From: an uncultured Erysipelotrichaceae bacterium
GTDB taxonomy: Bacteria; Bacillota_I; Bacilli_A; RFN20; CAG-826
Length of the DNA: 64,000 nt
Reading direction: 5' to 3'
NCBI GenBank assembly: GCA_902800905.1
Contig: CADCGC010000011.1
Span: 14,389 to 78,388, forward strand
The position numbers were made by a program, and so were the translations under genes. This document shows, piece after piece, positions 1 through 9,094 of the stretch. Position 1 is the first letter of the stretch. Each line of letters starts with the position of its first letter. Under the pieces are notes generated by a model, which made no database searches, was not told the DNA's origin, and saw only the letters and a program-made list of their open reading frames with translations.

Positions 1-639
1 ACAGCGTTCTACTGTTTAGGAAGCGCGGTTGGTCCTCATCCATATCCTCTCATTGTTAGAGATTTCCAAGAAATCATTGGAAGAGAAGCCAAACAACAAT
101 TCGTAGAAATGACTGGTGAACTTCCTGATATCGTTACTGCTTGTGTTGGTGGAGGATCAAACGCGATTGGAATGTTTGAAGCGTTTTTAGAAGAACCGGT
201 TAATATTGTTGGAGTTGAACCTTTAGGAAAAGGACCAGAAATTGGTAAGAACGCGGCAACAATCTCTTTTGGAAAAGAGAATATATTACATGGTTTTAAC
301 ACTTTAGTGTTAGAAAATGAAGATGGAACCCCAGCAACTGCTTATAGTGTCGCTAGTGGACTTGATTATCCTGGAGTAGGTCCAGAACATGCTTTCCTCC
401 ATGAAATTGGAAGAGTTCAATATGAATCAGTGACTGATGAAGAAGCCGCAAGAGCGTTCTTCCTTCTCTCTAGACTTGAAGGAATTATTCCTGCCATTGA
501 AAGTGCTCACGCAGTGGCCTATGCCATTAAATGTGCTCAAAGAATGAACTCAGGTAGTATCTTAGTTTGTCTAAGCGGAAGAGGAGATAAAGACCTAGAT
601 TACATGATTGAACATTATGGGTACTTAATCGAAGAATAA
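1..639 (+). CDS. trpB: Tryptophan synthase beta chain, C-terminal part (5' end lies outside the window)
   Basis: Frame 1 is open from base 1. Translation [17 protein letters not shown] ... [15 protein letters not shown] ... [11 protein letters not shown] ... LSGRGDKDL matches conserved TrpB C-terminal blocks. TAA stop at 637-639. Confidence 0.9.
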   Translation, partial: TAFYCLGSAVGPHPYPLIVRDFQEIIGREAKQQFVEMTGELPDIVTACVGGGSNAIGMFEAFLEEPVNIVGVEPLGKGPEIGKNAATISFGKENILHGFNTLVLENEDGTPATAYSVASGLDYPGVGPEHAFLHEIGRVQYESVTDEEAARAFFLLSRLEGIIPAIESAHAVAYAIKCAQRMNSGSILVCLSGRGDKDLDYMIEHYGYLIEE

Positions 640-716
640 GTACTGATATTATCTAATAAAAACATGGTTCGTTGTTAAATATGTAATTATTATGATATAA
701 TAAACAGAATTTTGTT

Positions 717-1877
717 ATGCCTTATAGTTCGTTCGTAGTCTTAGCTTTAATTATTCATTTTCTTATAAATATCGATATTTTCAGTAAGAAAAGTGATTTT
801 CCTGCGATTAAAACATATCGTATTTTTGCAGCGGTTGTCGCTTTATATTTTGTGACTGATATTTTATGGGGATTCCTAGAATCCGCGAAACTCGTGACCG
901 CATTATATATTGATACTGCCTTATATTTTGTTGGTATGGGCGGAATCATTCTTTCTTGGACAGCGTTCTTAGTTAGATATCTTAGAAGTGATGGATGGGT
1001 GTCAAAGATAATTAGATCTATCGGTGTTCTTTTCTTTGCAACAGAAGCAATCATTTTAATTATTAACATTTTTTATCCGATTCTATTCACAGTTGACGAA
1101 AACTGCAATTATGTCACCTATCCTGCTAGAAACGCGATGTTAGGTGTCCAATTCGTTTTCTTTGTAATTCTATTTTTCTACACCTTGTTTACTTCAAAAG
1201 TAATTCATGGAAATATCAATAGTCGTAACTTAGTTATCGCTGTATTTTCTTTGATTTTAGGTGTTTTTATCGCATTACAATTCTATTATCCAAATTATCC
1301 TGTTTATTCCGCTGGAATATTAATTGGAGTCATTCTTCTTAACTCGTACACTGTTAAAAACAGTAAAACTAAAGTTCAAGGTGAACTAGAAGCCGCTAAC
1401 ACATTAGCGTACACCGATTCCTTAACCGGAGTTCATTCTCGTCACGCTTATGTTGAAATGGAAGAAAGAGTGGATAAGAAGATTGCTAATAACGAACTCA
1501 CCGAATTTGCAGTAGTGGTTTTTGATTTAAACGGATTAAAACATATTAACGATACCTTAGGCCATAAATCAGGTGATCAATATATTGTTGACGCTGTCGC
1601 CTTAATTAAAGAATATTTTGGTAATGAACATCTATACCGTTTTGGCGGTGATGAATTTGTCATTCTTCTTGATGGAGAATACTATCAAAAACGTCTCATC
1701 ATCATGAAAGAATTCAATAACAAGGTCGAAAAGAATCTAAAAGAAGGTAATAAACCAGTTATTTCATGTGGAATGTCTGATTTTAATCTTGAATCAGATA
1801 ATACTTTCCGTGCGGTCTTTATAAGAGCGGACCGTCAAATGTACGAAAGAAAACAAACTCTTAAAAATTTAAAATGA
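717..1877 (+). CDS. Membrane-bound diguanylate cyclase (multi-TM N-terminus + GGDEF domain)
   Basis: 386-aa ORF with several hydrophobic helices, then DSLTGVHSRHAY ... FDLNGLKHINDTLGH ... RFGGDEF. No RxxD I-site at the canonical position upstream of GGDEF. Ends at a TGA stop. Confidence 0.85.
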   Translation: MPYSSFVVLALIIHFLINIDIFSKKSDFPAIKTYRIFAAVVALYFVTDILWGFLESAKLVTALYIDTALYFVGMGGIILSWTAFLVRYLRSDGWVSKIIRSIGVLFFATEAIILIINIFYPILFTVDENCNYVTYPARNAMLGVQFVFFVILFFYTLFTSKVIHGNINSRNLVIAVFSLILGVFIALQFYYPNYPVYSAGILIGVILLNSYTVKNSKTKVQGELEAANTLAYTDSLTGVHSRHAYVEMEERVDKKIANNELTEFAVVVFDLNGLKHINDTLGHKSGDQYIVDAVALIKEYFGNEHLYRFGGDEFVILLDGEYYQKRLIIMKEFNNKVEKNLKEGNKPVISCGMSDFNLESDNTFRAVFIRADRQMYERKQTLKNLK

Positions 1878-1895
1878 TATATATAATATATAGAT

Positions 1896-3017
1896 ATGAA
1901 TTTCTTCATAAACAATTTCCATCTTTTTTGTATATGCATTGCGATGGGCTTTATTACCTATGTGAATTTTAAAGGTAACAAGAAACACTCATCGGATATT
2001 TTTATTATCCTTGGTCTATCTTTAGCTCTTGCAGCCTTTGTTGCCATTGAAGAATACACAAGAAGCCGCACGGATTTAATCTTTTTAGCGACGTTATGTT
2101 CTTTATTAGGGTATGTTATTAGGCCAATTGTTATTTATTTCTTTATCCGTCTTGCAGATAGAGAAAGGCTTGTTCCATGTTGGATTTTTATCATCCTCTT
2201 TGTCATTAATTTCTTGTTCTATCTTCCAGCCTTATTCATTAATAATGAAGCTCTTTCCCATTTTGCGTACTATTACGTGGTGAACGCTACTAATGATGGA
2301 ATTGAATTTGTTAGAGGTTCATTTAATTTCTCAAGTCATATTCTTTCAGGAATCTTACTCGCCTATTTAGTGTTCATTTCCTTTAGAATGATTTCTTTGA
2401 AACATCGCGATGACGCTTTGATGGTCTTAACCTGTGTTCTCTTTGTCGTTATCGCAGTGTTATTAGAGTCCTTAGCAATCGCTACAAATTTACTTAATAT
2501 GACAATTTCGATATCTTGTGTTTTCTATTATTTATTCTTAAATAGGGATGATAATCGTCGAGACGCTTTAACTCGCTTATTTACTAGAAAAACATATTAT
2601 GTCGATTTAGCGAAATATGAAAAAAGAATCGTCGGAGTCATATCAATCGATATGAATGGACTAAAATATCTCAATGACACGAAGGGTCATGAAGAAGGAG
2701 ATAATGCGATTATATGTGTTGGCAAAGCTATTCTCATGTCAATTAAAAAAGATATGTTAGCGTACCGTATGGGTGGAGATGAATTTTTAATTACTGCCTA
2801 TTCTTCAAAAAGAGAAGAATTAGATAATATCAGTAACAAAATTAAAAATATTGTCGAAAGTAGTGGTTATTACTGCTCTACTGGAGTGGCGTATAAAGAT
2901 AAAGAATCAATCTCTTATCAAGAGCTTGTCGAACTTTCTGAAGTAGAAATGTATAACGATAAAGCTAATTTCTATAAGACTCACAGAATTGAAAGAAGAA
3001 AAAGTAGAGTAATTTAA
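1896..3017 (+). CDS. Membrane-bound diguanylate cyclase (multi-TM N-terminus + GGDEF domain), tandem paralogue
   Basis: 373-aa ORF with a hydrophobic N-terminal half, then DALTRLFTRKTY ... IDMNGLKYLNDTKGHEEGD ... RMGGDEF. Confidence 0.8.
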   Translation: MNFFINNFHLFCICIAMGFITYVNFKGNKKHSSDIFIILGLSLALAAFVAIEEYTRSRTDLIFLATLCSLLGYVIRPIVIYFFIRLADRERLVPCWIFIILFVINFLFYLPALFINNEALSHFAYYYVVNATNDGIEFVRGSFNFSSHILSGILLAYLVFISFRMISLKHRDDALMVLTCVLFVVIAVLLESLAIATNLLNMTISISCVFYYLFLNRDDNRRDALTRLFTRKTYYVDLAKYEKRIVGVISIDMNGLKYLNDTKGHEEGDNAIICVGKAILMSIKKDMLAYRMGGDEFLITAYSSKREELDNISNKIKNIVESSGYYCSTGVAYKDKESISYQELVELSEVEMYNDKANFYKTHRIERRKSRVI

Positions 3018-3869
3018 TCACTCCTTTTCAAACAAATATTTTCTTTCCCGTTTAAGTGGGAATCTTTTTATTTTCGGATAACCGTAAATTGTAAATAAAC
3101 CTCTAGGAGTAATTAAATCTCCATTTTTAGCCTGATTAGTAACACCAATTAAAGCAGTTAATGATGATTTTTTAGGAGATTGGAATATGACTTTCATTGC
3201 TGGACGACCTAATATACGAATAATAGAAGGTAAATCACTAATGATATTTGTTCCACTTACACCCGGTTCAGAGATGATAAATTCATAATTTGGATAAATA
3301 TTATTTATATATAAATAATGAATATAAGCTTCTAAGTAGATTTTAGAAACATTATATTGAGTTAAAGAAGTATATTTATTGCTTTTTGAATCGTAATTTT
3401 TCGGAATTGATAATCCCGCGACTATTGAACCTTGAATAACAAAGCGTGTTTTTCGATTAACTTTAGAAGCATAATATTCAATAAAATGTCTAACACCTAA
3501 ATAATTAACTCCAAAAGTTAAAGGATAATCTTCCTTACTTCTTCCCTTTTTAGTTAACACTCCAGCGTTAAGAATTATCGTGTCTATATCGATATTTTTA
3601 TTAATTAATTCATCTATTCCTTTTTCAATTGATAAGAAAGAACTTTGATCATATATGACATAATCAATATTTGAATTAGGATATATTTCTTTTAATTTAT
3701 TTATTGTATCATTAACTTTTTTAGGGTTTCTCGCTAGTAAGATTAAAGAAGCGTTTTTACATAGTAAATGCTTAGCGAGTTGATATCCAATCCCACTTGT
3801 AGCCCCACTAAGAGCGATATTTCTATTAGCTAATGATTCGATATTATTTAAATATTTCTTGATGTTCAC
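3018..3869 (-). CDS. Short-chain dehydrogenase/reductase (SDR) family oxidoreductase
   Basis: 283-aa ORF with N-terminal GATSGIGY dinucleotide-binding motif and YNVSK (YxxxK) catalytic motif. Confidence 0.8.
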   Translation of the reverse strand: MNIKKYLNNIESLANRNIALSGATSGIGYQLAKHLLCKNASLILLARNPKKVNDTINKLKEIYPNSNIDYVIYDQSSFLSIEKGIDELINKNIDIDTIILNAGVLTKKGRSKEDYPLTFGVNYLGVRHFIEYYASKVNRKTRFVIQGSIVAGLSIPKNYDSKSNKYTSLTQYNVSKIYLEAYIHYLYINNIYPNYEFIISEPGVSGTNIISDLPSIIRILGRPAMKVIFQSPKKSSLTALIGVTNQAKNGDLITPRGLFTIYGYPKIKRFPLKRERKYLFEKE

Positions 3870-3958
3870 TCGATTATTATATTACAAAATTTAGAAATAT
3901 ATTTAATTTAATATATTCTTTATATTAGAATAATTCCAATAAAACTGGAGAGCGTTAT

Positions 3959-4747
3959 ATGAAACTGAGACAAATATTCACCTTATCATGCATTCTTCCA
4001 ATGTTGATGTCCTGTAATCCAAATGACATTTCTGGAAGATATGGCTTTCAATTAGGAAAAGATACTGGAACCCATTTCGGTGTTTTCATGGACTTAAAGA
4101 ATTCAACATTTGTTCCAAAAGAATCAACAGAAACAGGTTTCAAAGATTTTACTCTCACCGTCAGTATTAATATGTCTTCTGGAGAAGAATCAGAAGTCAT
4201 TCAAACAATCTTAGACATCATCGCTGATGAAGAAGGTAATGCTTCTTTACCAGGTTATTACAAAGTAACAGATGAAAAGAACACCAAAGGTGAAAGACGC
4301 TTAAAAGTTGGCTTTGATTTTGAAATCATTGTTGACCGCGCTGCTAATTATTTCTATAAAGCAACCGGTACAGAACTTGATAAAGAAGAAATCACTGAAG
4401 AATTAAGTAATCTCAATGATAGTGGATTCATTCAATCCTTACTTTATGTCACTCATAAAGATGATTATGTATATTTTTATATTCCAGTTAGTTTAGAAGA
4501 CGCTTTATTCCAAATCTATTGGTATGGATATGACTTAAGAGCAACAAAATCAACCGATCCATCTGCGATTCTTCCATATGAATTCTCAATTGTGGAAGTT
4601 GAAGCACATCCATTTGGTTCTCACCCAACTGCAGAAGAAATTAAAGCTATTAACGATAGTGGCTACGCTGAAAATCACGTTGGTATACAAGAAGATTTAA
4701 AATATCGTGACTATAACGCAGTTAAAACTGGTTTAGGCAAAAAATAA
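3959..4747 (+). CDS. Lipoprotein of unknown function (first gene of an ABC exporter cluster)
   Basis: Signal peptide MKLRQIFTLSCILPMLMSC with Cys lipobox, GGAG-like RBS upstream, and 2-nt gap to the next gene. Confidence 0.6.
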   Translation: MKLRQIFTLSCILPMLMSCNPNDISGRYGFQLGKDTGTHFGVFMDLKNSTFVPKESTETGFKDFTLTVSINMSSGEESEVIQTILDIIADEEGNASLPGYYKVTDEKNTKGERRLKVGFDFEIIVDRAANYFYKATGTELDKEEITEELSNLNDSGFIQSLLYVTHKDDYVYFYIPVSLEDALFQIYWYGYDLRATKSTDPSAILPYEFSIVEVEAHPFGSHPTAEEIKAINDSGYAENHVGIQEDLKYRDYNAVKTGLGKK

Positions 4748-4749
4748 TT

Positions 4750-5718
4750 ATGTTTGAAGATAGAGAAGTAATTATTTCTGTAGAAGGATTAACAAAAGAC
4801 TATGGTTATGGTCGTGGTGTTTTTGATATCTCTATTAAAATCCATAAAGGTGAATGTTATGGATATTTAGGCCCTAATGGAGCGGGTAAATCGACCACCA
4901 TTAGACATATCATGGGTTTTGCTAAACCAACCGTGGGAAAAGTTCAAATCTTTGGAGTTGATTCCTTTGGAAACACCGATAAGATTCTTTCTAAAGTTGG
5001 TTATCTTCCAGGTGAACCTGCTATTCCAGCCGGATTAGATGGCTGGGGATTTATTAAAATGATGCAAGGAATGAGAGGAGAAGTTAACGAAGAAAGACTT
5101 CAATATCTCTTAGACTTATTTAAATTTGACCCAAATATGTCAATTAAACAAATGTCACTTGGAGAAAAAAGAAAACTCGCAGTCGTTACTGCTTTTATGA
5201 ATGATCCTGATGTTTTAGTCCTTGATGAACCTACTAGTGGACTTGATCCAGTGATGCAAAAAGTCTTCATTCAATTCATCATCGATGAAAAGAAAAGAGG
5301 GAAAACAATATTATTATCAAGTCATATCTTCTCTGAAGTTGATGCGACTTGTGACACGATTAGTATTATTAAAGACGGTCATCACGTCTCAACATTTAAC
5401 GCGAACGAATTAAAGAAAGAACAAGATAAAATATATATTTTGTTCTTCTTAGATAGTGATTCACTCGTTAAATATATTAATGAAAATAACAAATTTGAAC
5501 TCGTTTATAAAAACTACGATTCTTTAGTGGCGGCGGTCAAATTCTCACCAGATAAACATAATGAATTCTTTAATAGTTTAAAAGGAATTAAGATTTCTCA
5601 CTTTGAAGAAAAACCATTCACCTTACAAGACTATTTCATGTCCTTCTATAAAGAAGAACGTGATTTTGGTGGTCTAGAAGGTGTTAAAGGTAACACTAAA
5701 GAAGGAATTAAGAAATAG
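4750..5718 (+). CDS. ABC transporter ATP-binding protein
   Basis: Walker A GPNGAGKST, signature LSLGEKRK, Walker B VLVLDEPTSGLD, H-loop SSHI. Confidence 0.9.
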   Translation: MFEDREVIISVEGLTKDYGYGRGVFDISIKIHKGECYGYLGPNGAGKSTTIRHIMGFAKPTVGKVQIFGVDSFGNTDKILSKVGYLPGEPAIPAGLDGWGFIKMMQGMRGEVNEERLQYLLDLFKFDPNMSIKQMSLGEKRKLAVVTAFMNDPDVLVLDEPTSGLDPVMQKVFIQFIIDEKKRGKTILLSSHIFSEVDATCDTISIIKDGHHVSTFNANELKKEQDKIYILFFLDSDSLVKYINENNKFELVYKNYDSLVAAVKFSPDKHNEFFNSLKGIKISHFEEKPFTLQDYFMSFYKEERDFGGLEGVKGNTKEGIKK

Positions 5719-5726
5719 GAGGAAAT

Positions 5727-6839
5727 ATGTCTAATAACGAATTTAAACGTCCTACTTATTTCTATATTCTTAAAGGTAGCGATGTTAAAGATAATAATGG
5801 TCATAAAGAAGAAACATGGGTAGTGGAAGTCTCTCCTACTCCATTTAAAGAATATAAAGAAGAAGTGCTAGTAGAAAATAACACTCCTAAAAAAGAAAGA
5901 AACCCACTTAAAGAGTTAAAAGAAGTGAGTCATCAAGAGAATAAAAAAGTCATCATCTCTGTTAAAAACTTAACTAAAGATTATGGTGGTGGTCGTGGAA
6001 TCTTTGATGTTTCTTTTGATGTCTATAAAGGAAGTGTTTTTGGGTATTGTGGCACTAATGGAAGCGGAAAAACCACAACGCTTCGTCATATTATGGGCTT
6101 TTTAAAGCCTGATAAAGGAAGTGTCACTGTTAAAGGATTAGACGCTTGGAAGGATTCAGAAAAGATTAAACAATATGTTGGTTATCTTCCAGGAGAAATT
6201 AATTTCCCACAAGTTGAAAGTGGAACTGAATTCTTAAAGATTCAAGCTGAAACACTCGGCTTAACTGACATGAGTAAAGCAGAAAGAATTATTAATTCTT
6301 TACAGTTAGACCCAACCGCGAATATTAAAAGAATGTCAAAAGGAATGAAACAAAAAACAGCCTTAACTGCAGCCTTTATGCATTCTCCTGAAATCATCAT
6401 TTTAGATGAGCCTACTACTGGACTTGATCCATTAATGAGAGATGTCTTTGTTAATATCATCAAAGAAGAAAAAGCTCGTGGAGCGACAATCATTATGTCT
6501 AATCACATGTTTGATGAACTTGAAGAAACATGTGATTATGTCGCCTTTATTAAAGATGGTCGAATCGTTGATATAGTAGATATGTATAAATTAAGACATC
6601 TTCCATATCGAGATTATGTCATTCAATTTGAAGATAAAAAAGATTATGACTCATTTGCTTCTTCAAAAATTGAAATCTTAGATAAAAATGAATTCGAATT
6701 ATCAATCACCTTTAGAATTGAATTAAAAGATACGAACGAACTAATTAATGAGTTCATCAAATACAAAGTGAAATCATTTGCAGAAAAGAAACATACATTA
6801 GAAGAATTCTTTGTTAAAGATATCGGAGGAAATAAATAA
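5727..6839 (+). CDS. ABC transporter ATP-binding protein with ~75-aa N-terminal extension
   Basis: AGGAGG RBS. Walker A GTNGSGKTT, signature MSKGMKQK, Walker B IIILDEPTTGLD. Confidence 0.9.
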   Translation: MSNNEFKRPTYFYILKGSDVKDNNGHKEETWVVEVSPTPFKEYKEEVLVENNTPKKERNPLKELKEVSHQENKKVIISVKNLTKDYGGGRGIFDVSFDVYKGSVFGYCGTNGSGKTTTLRHIMGFLKPDKGSVTVKGLDAWKDSEKIKQYVGYLPGEINFPQVESGTEFLKIQAETLGLTDMSKAERIINSLQLDPTANIKRMSKGMKQKTALTAAFMHSPEIIILDEPTTGLDPLMRDVFVNIIKEEKARGATIIMSNHMFDELEETCDYVAFIKDGRIVDIVDMYKLRHLPYRDYVIQFEDKKDYDSFASSKIEILDKNEFELSITFRIELKDTNELINEFIKYKVKSFAEKKHTLEEFFVKDIGGNK

Positions 6840-7819
6840 TGACTAGTACAGTTAATCACAACAAATTCATTTCAAAACCATTATTTAAACAGTCAATGAA
6901 GTCCTTATTAGGGTTATGGCTCGCTTTAATGATTGGTTCCGCCTTTATCTTTATTGTCATCAATTTAGCGATTGGTTCTAAACACGTCTTCACTAACATC
7001 AATATGGATGAAGTGACTACCTATGTTAAAGATGAAGGATTAGAGTGGCTTAAAATCTTAGGTTTACTTCAAATCATGGGATTTGATCTTAGTAGAATTC
7101 AAATCATGTCTCAAATTGACTTAAATAGCATTCTTAATGAATTAGTCTATAAGATCGCTGGTGTTCTATTACCAATGATTTATGTAATGATTGCCGCGAA
7201 TAGATTAATTGCCGCTCAAGTGACTGATGGATCAATGGCGTATATCCTTTCTACTCCAACAAATAGAAAAACCGTTATTAGAACTCAATATATCTTCTTA
7301 TTATTTACAATATTTGTAATGTATGTCGCTATTACAGTAGCGGCAGTAGCCTCTGAAGGAATATCATATGCGATTAATAAAGCAACGACTGAAGAATCAA
7401 TTTCTCCTTGGCACCCAGGAACAACATTATTATTCTGCTTAGGTTCATTTTTATCAATCTTTGCTTTAGCAGGTATTGCTTTTGGTGCGAGTGCATTCTT
7501 TAATAAAGCTAATAACGCAATGGCAGTAGGAGGAGGAGCGTGTATCATTTCTTTCTTAGCTTGTATTTTAGGTTTATTTGGTAATGAAGTATTCGTCGCT
7601 GTCGGTGTTGGTGTTAAAGCAATGGCATTCTTTAACTATTTATCAATCTTCACATTAATTGATAACTCATCAATGTCTGCGTTTGCTAAAGCGCTTCAAG
7701 GATATGATGTTGTTATTAGTTATGATTGGATTTGGAAGTTAGCAATATTGCTAGTAATAGGTGCAGTCTTTGCCTATATCGGTGGACGTAGATTCACTAA
7801 AAAAGACTTACCGTTATAA
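6839..7819 (+). CDS. ABC-2-type transporter permease
   Basis: 326-aa polytopic membrane ORF. Its start overlaps the stop of the preceding ATPase gene (ATAATG). Confidence 0.7.
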   Translation: MTSTVNHNKFISKPLFKQSMKSLLGLWLALMIGSAFIFIVINLAIGSKHVFTNINMDEVTTYVKDEGLEWLKILGLLQIMGFDLSRIQIMSQIDLNSILNELVYKIAGVLLPMIYVMIAANRLIAAQVTDGSMAYILSTPTNRKTVIRTQYIFLLFTIFVMYVAITVAAVASEGISYAINKATTEESISPWHPGTTLLFCLGSFLSIFALAGIAFGASAFFNKANNAMAVGGGACIISFLACILGLFGNEVFVAVGVGVKAMAFFNYLSIFTLIDNSSMSAFAKALQGYDVVISYDWIWKLAILLVIGAVFAYIGGRRFTKKDLPL

Positions 7820-7842
7820 TATATTAGGAGGATTTATATTAT

Positions 7843-8817
7843 ATGGAACCATGGGCAATTGTTCTTATTATTTTAGGCGGATTAATATTATTAATATTCT
7901 TCTGCTGTATTCGTATCGTTCCTCAAGCACATGAATATGTCGTCGAATTCTTAGGAAAATATCGTCGTACATTATCCGCTGGGGCACATATGTTAGTTCC
8001 ATTTTGTGAAAGAATATCACAAAAGATCACATTAATGGAACAAATCTTAGATGCACCTCCTCAACCAGTTATTACTAAAGATAACGTTACAATGCAAATC
8101 GATAGTGTGGTCTATTATAGAGTCTTTGACTCTAAGTTATACGCTTATGGAGCGGTTAACCCAGTAAGTGCTTTAGAAAACTTAACCGCGACAACATTAA
8201 GAAATATCGTTGGCGAGCTTGATTTAGATGGTACTTTAACTAGTAGAGACGTCATTAACGCGAAAATGACATCAATCATTGATAAGGCCACTGATGAATG
8301 GGGTATTAGAGTTACACGTGTTGAATTAAAAAACATCATTCCACCAAAAGAGATTCGTGACGCGATGGAAAAACAAATGAAAGCGGAACGTGATCGTCGT
8401 GAAACTTTACTTCAGGCTGAAGGACATAAAGCTGCAGCAGTCACTAGAGCTCAAGGTGATAAAGAAGCCGCTATCTTACAAGCTGAAGGTGAAAGAGACG
8501 CTAGAATTGCTAGAGCCGAAGGCGAAGCTAGAGAAATCTTCTTAAAGAAGAAAGCGGAAGCTGATGGATATAAAGCGTTAATTGAAGCTGGTATTACTCC
8601 AGAAGTGCTTGAATTAAAGAGATATGAAACATTAATGAAAGTCGCTGATGGACAAGCAAGTAAAGTTATCATTCCTACTGATGTTGTAGAATCAACTAGA
8701 AAGAATGTTCTATTTTCAGAAACAACAGGATTAGGAGAAACAACTCCTCAAGGAAGTCATATAGAAGCTAAACCTGAAGAAGATCCATGTTGCGAAAGAT
8801 TTGAGAAGAAAAAATAA
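7843..8817 (+). CDS. SPFH/band-7 (stomatin/slipin-like) membrane protein
   Basis: AGGAGG RBS, N-terminal TM helix, then IVPQAHEYVVEFLGKY ... ITKDNV ... RVELKNIIPP blocks typical of SPFH domains. Ala/Glu/Arg-rich coiled-coil tail. Confidence 0.85.
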   Translation: MEPWAIVLIILGGLILLIFFCCIRIVPQAHEYVVEFLGKYRRTLSAGAHMLVPFCERISQKITLMEQILDAPPQPVITKDNVTMQIDSVVYYRVFDSKLYAYGAVNPVSALENLTATTLRNIVGELDLDGTLTSRDVINAKMTSIIDKATDEWGIRVTRVELKNIIPPKEIRDAMEKQMKAERDRRETLLQAEGHKAAAVTRAQGDKEAAILQAEGERDARIARAEGEAREIFLKKKAEADGYKALIEAGITPEVLELKRYETLMKVADGQASKVIIPTDVVESTRKNVLFSETTGLGETTPQGSHIEAKPEEDPCCERFEKKK

Positions 8818-8834
8818 TCTAATTTCAACTAATT

Positions 8835-8859
8835 AAGAGTCATTAATTTGGCTCTTTTT
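8835..8859 (+). terminator. Rho-independent terminator after the SPFH gene
   Basis: Hairpin aagagtc/ggctctt (one mismatch) followed by a T run. Confidence 0.5.
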
Positions 8860-9094
8860 ATATACCTATTATCTTTTTTATAATATTTCAATTCAGTATT
8901 TTTGATATAAAAAGGTAGAAATAAAAATATAAATTAAAAATGGTTTTACATAGTAAAAAGATATTTTTTTCATGTATACATCATATTTTTTTGTTGAAAT
9001 ATATAATGTAGCCCTTAAAATTTTAATTATATATAAGTTCAACTCGTCTGTAGTGAACTATAAAAATTTAATTTCTTAGAAAGGAAAAAACACT

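Noticed and set aside
8860-9094. Riboswitch or leader in the long AT-rich intergenic region upstream of the 9095 lipoprotein gene
   Set aside because: No GEMM core (ACGCAAAGC) or other conserved riboswitch motif and no convincing helices were seen. It looks like plain AT-rich promoter DNA.
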